A stretch of 24,000 nucleotides of DNA from Turicibacter sp. (GTDB lineage Bacteria > Bacillota_I > Bacilli_A > MOL361 > Turicibacteraceae). Position 1 is the first letter of the stretch, and each line of letters starts with the position of its first letter. The notes under the pieces are model-generated. The model ran no database searches, was not told where the DNA came from, and was given only the letters and a program-made list of their open reading frames with translations. Position numbers and translations under genes: made by a program. Below, piece after piece: positions 23,895 through 24,000 of this stretch. The stretch spans positions 1 through 24,000 of the forward strand of contig WRGF01000207.1 in NCBI GenBank assembly GCA_009787345.1. The letters are read 5' to 3'.

Positions 23895-24000
23895 TTTTCT
23901 TCACCAATAAAGGCTTCAACAAAGGAACTGCTGGAATGCCCCTTTGAATACATATTCCACTTCTCTTTAAACCTGCGGATTTGTGCTAAATCCACTTCGT
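23888..24000 (-). CDS. Partial CDS (C-terminal end) running off the window edge
   Basis: Open minus-strand frame from the edge: EVDLAQIRRFKEKWNMYSKGHSSSSFVEAFIGEENH*. Not in the ORF track. Confidence 0.45.
   Translation of the reverse strand, partial: EVDLAQIRRFKEKWNMYSKGHSSSSFVEAFIGEENH

Noticed and set aside
1-24000. CRISPR array, tRNA/rRNA, prophage or transposase genes
   Set aside because: I found no regularly spaced repeats, no recognisable tRNA/rRNA sequence and no integrase or transposase-like ORF.

Overview
The window looks like an ordinary low/medium-GC Bacillota-type chromosomal segment. I see no CRISPR array, no rRNA/tRNA, and no clear prophage or insertion sequence with a transposase. 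Supported content, left to right: a TauE/SafE-type permease; a small DUF1294-like membrane protein; an APC amino-acid permease; a TTG-start membrane protein; a methionine locus (two Cys/Met-metabolism PLP enzymes plus a MetQ-like lipoprotein) with two SAM (S-box) riboswitches; a cobalamin riboswitch followed by BtuF and a fused BtuC-BtuD protein; a GNAT-like/63-aa gene pair; an OppA/DppA C-terminal remnant; a MATE transporter; a SpoIIP-family protein; an orphan RnfD/NqrB-family membrane protein; an LDH-family enzyme; a gene cluster NRAMP-pxpB-pxpC-accB-accC-pxpA; and a signal-less GH10 xylanase with a CBM9-like tail. The items most worth a second look are: (1) the pxp cluster, which carries as separate genes the parts of a urea-carboxylase-type biotin enzyme plus YcsF/PxpA; (2) the LDH-like enzyme with Arg at the position where LDHs normally have Gln102; (3) a second S-box placed about 10 nt after the metQ stop codon, with two overlapping mutually exclusive hairpins behind it; (4) a ~162-bp fold-back/MITE-like element in the metQ leader; (5) the permease-ATPase fusion and an unannotated 56-aa ORF behind it; (6) the translationally coupled GNAT/63-aa pair. 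None is proven to be a new system from sequence alone.
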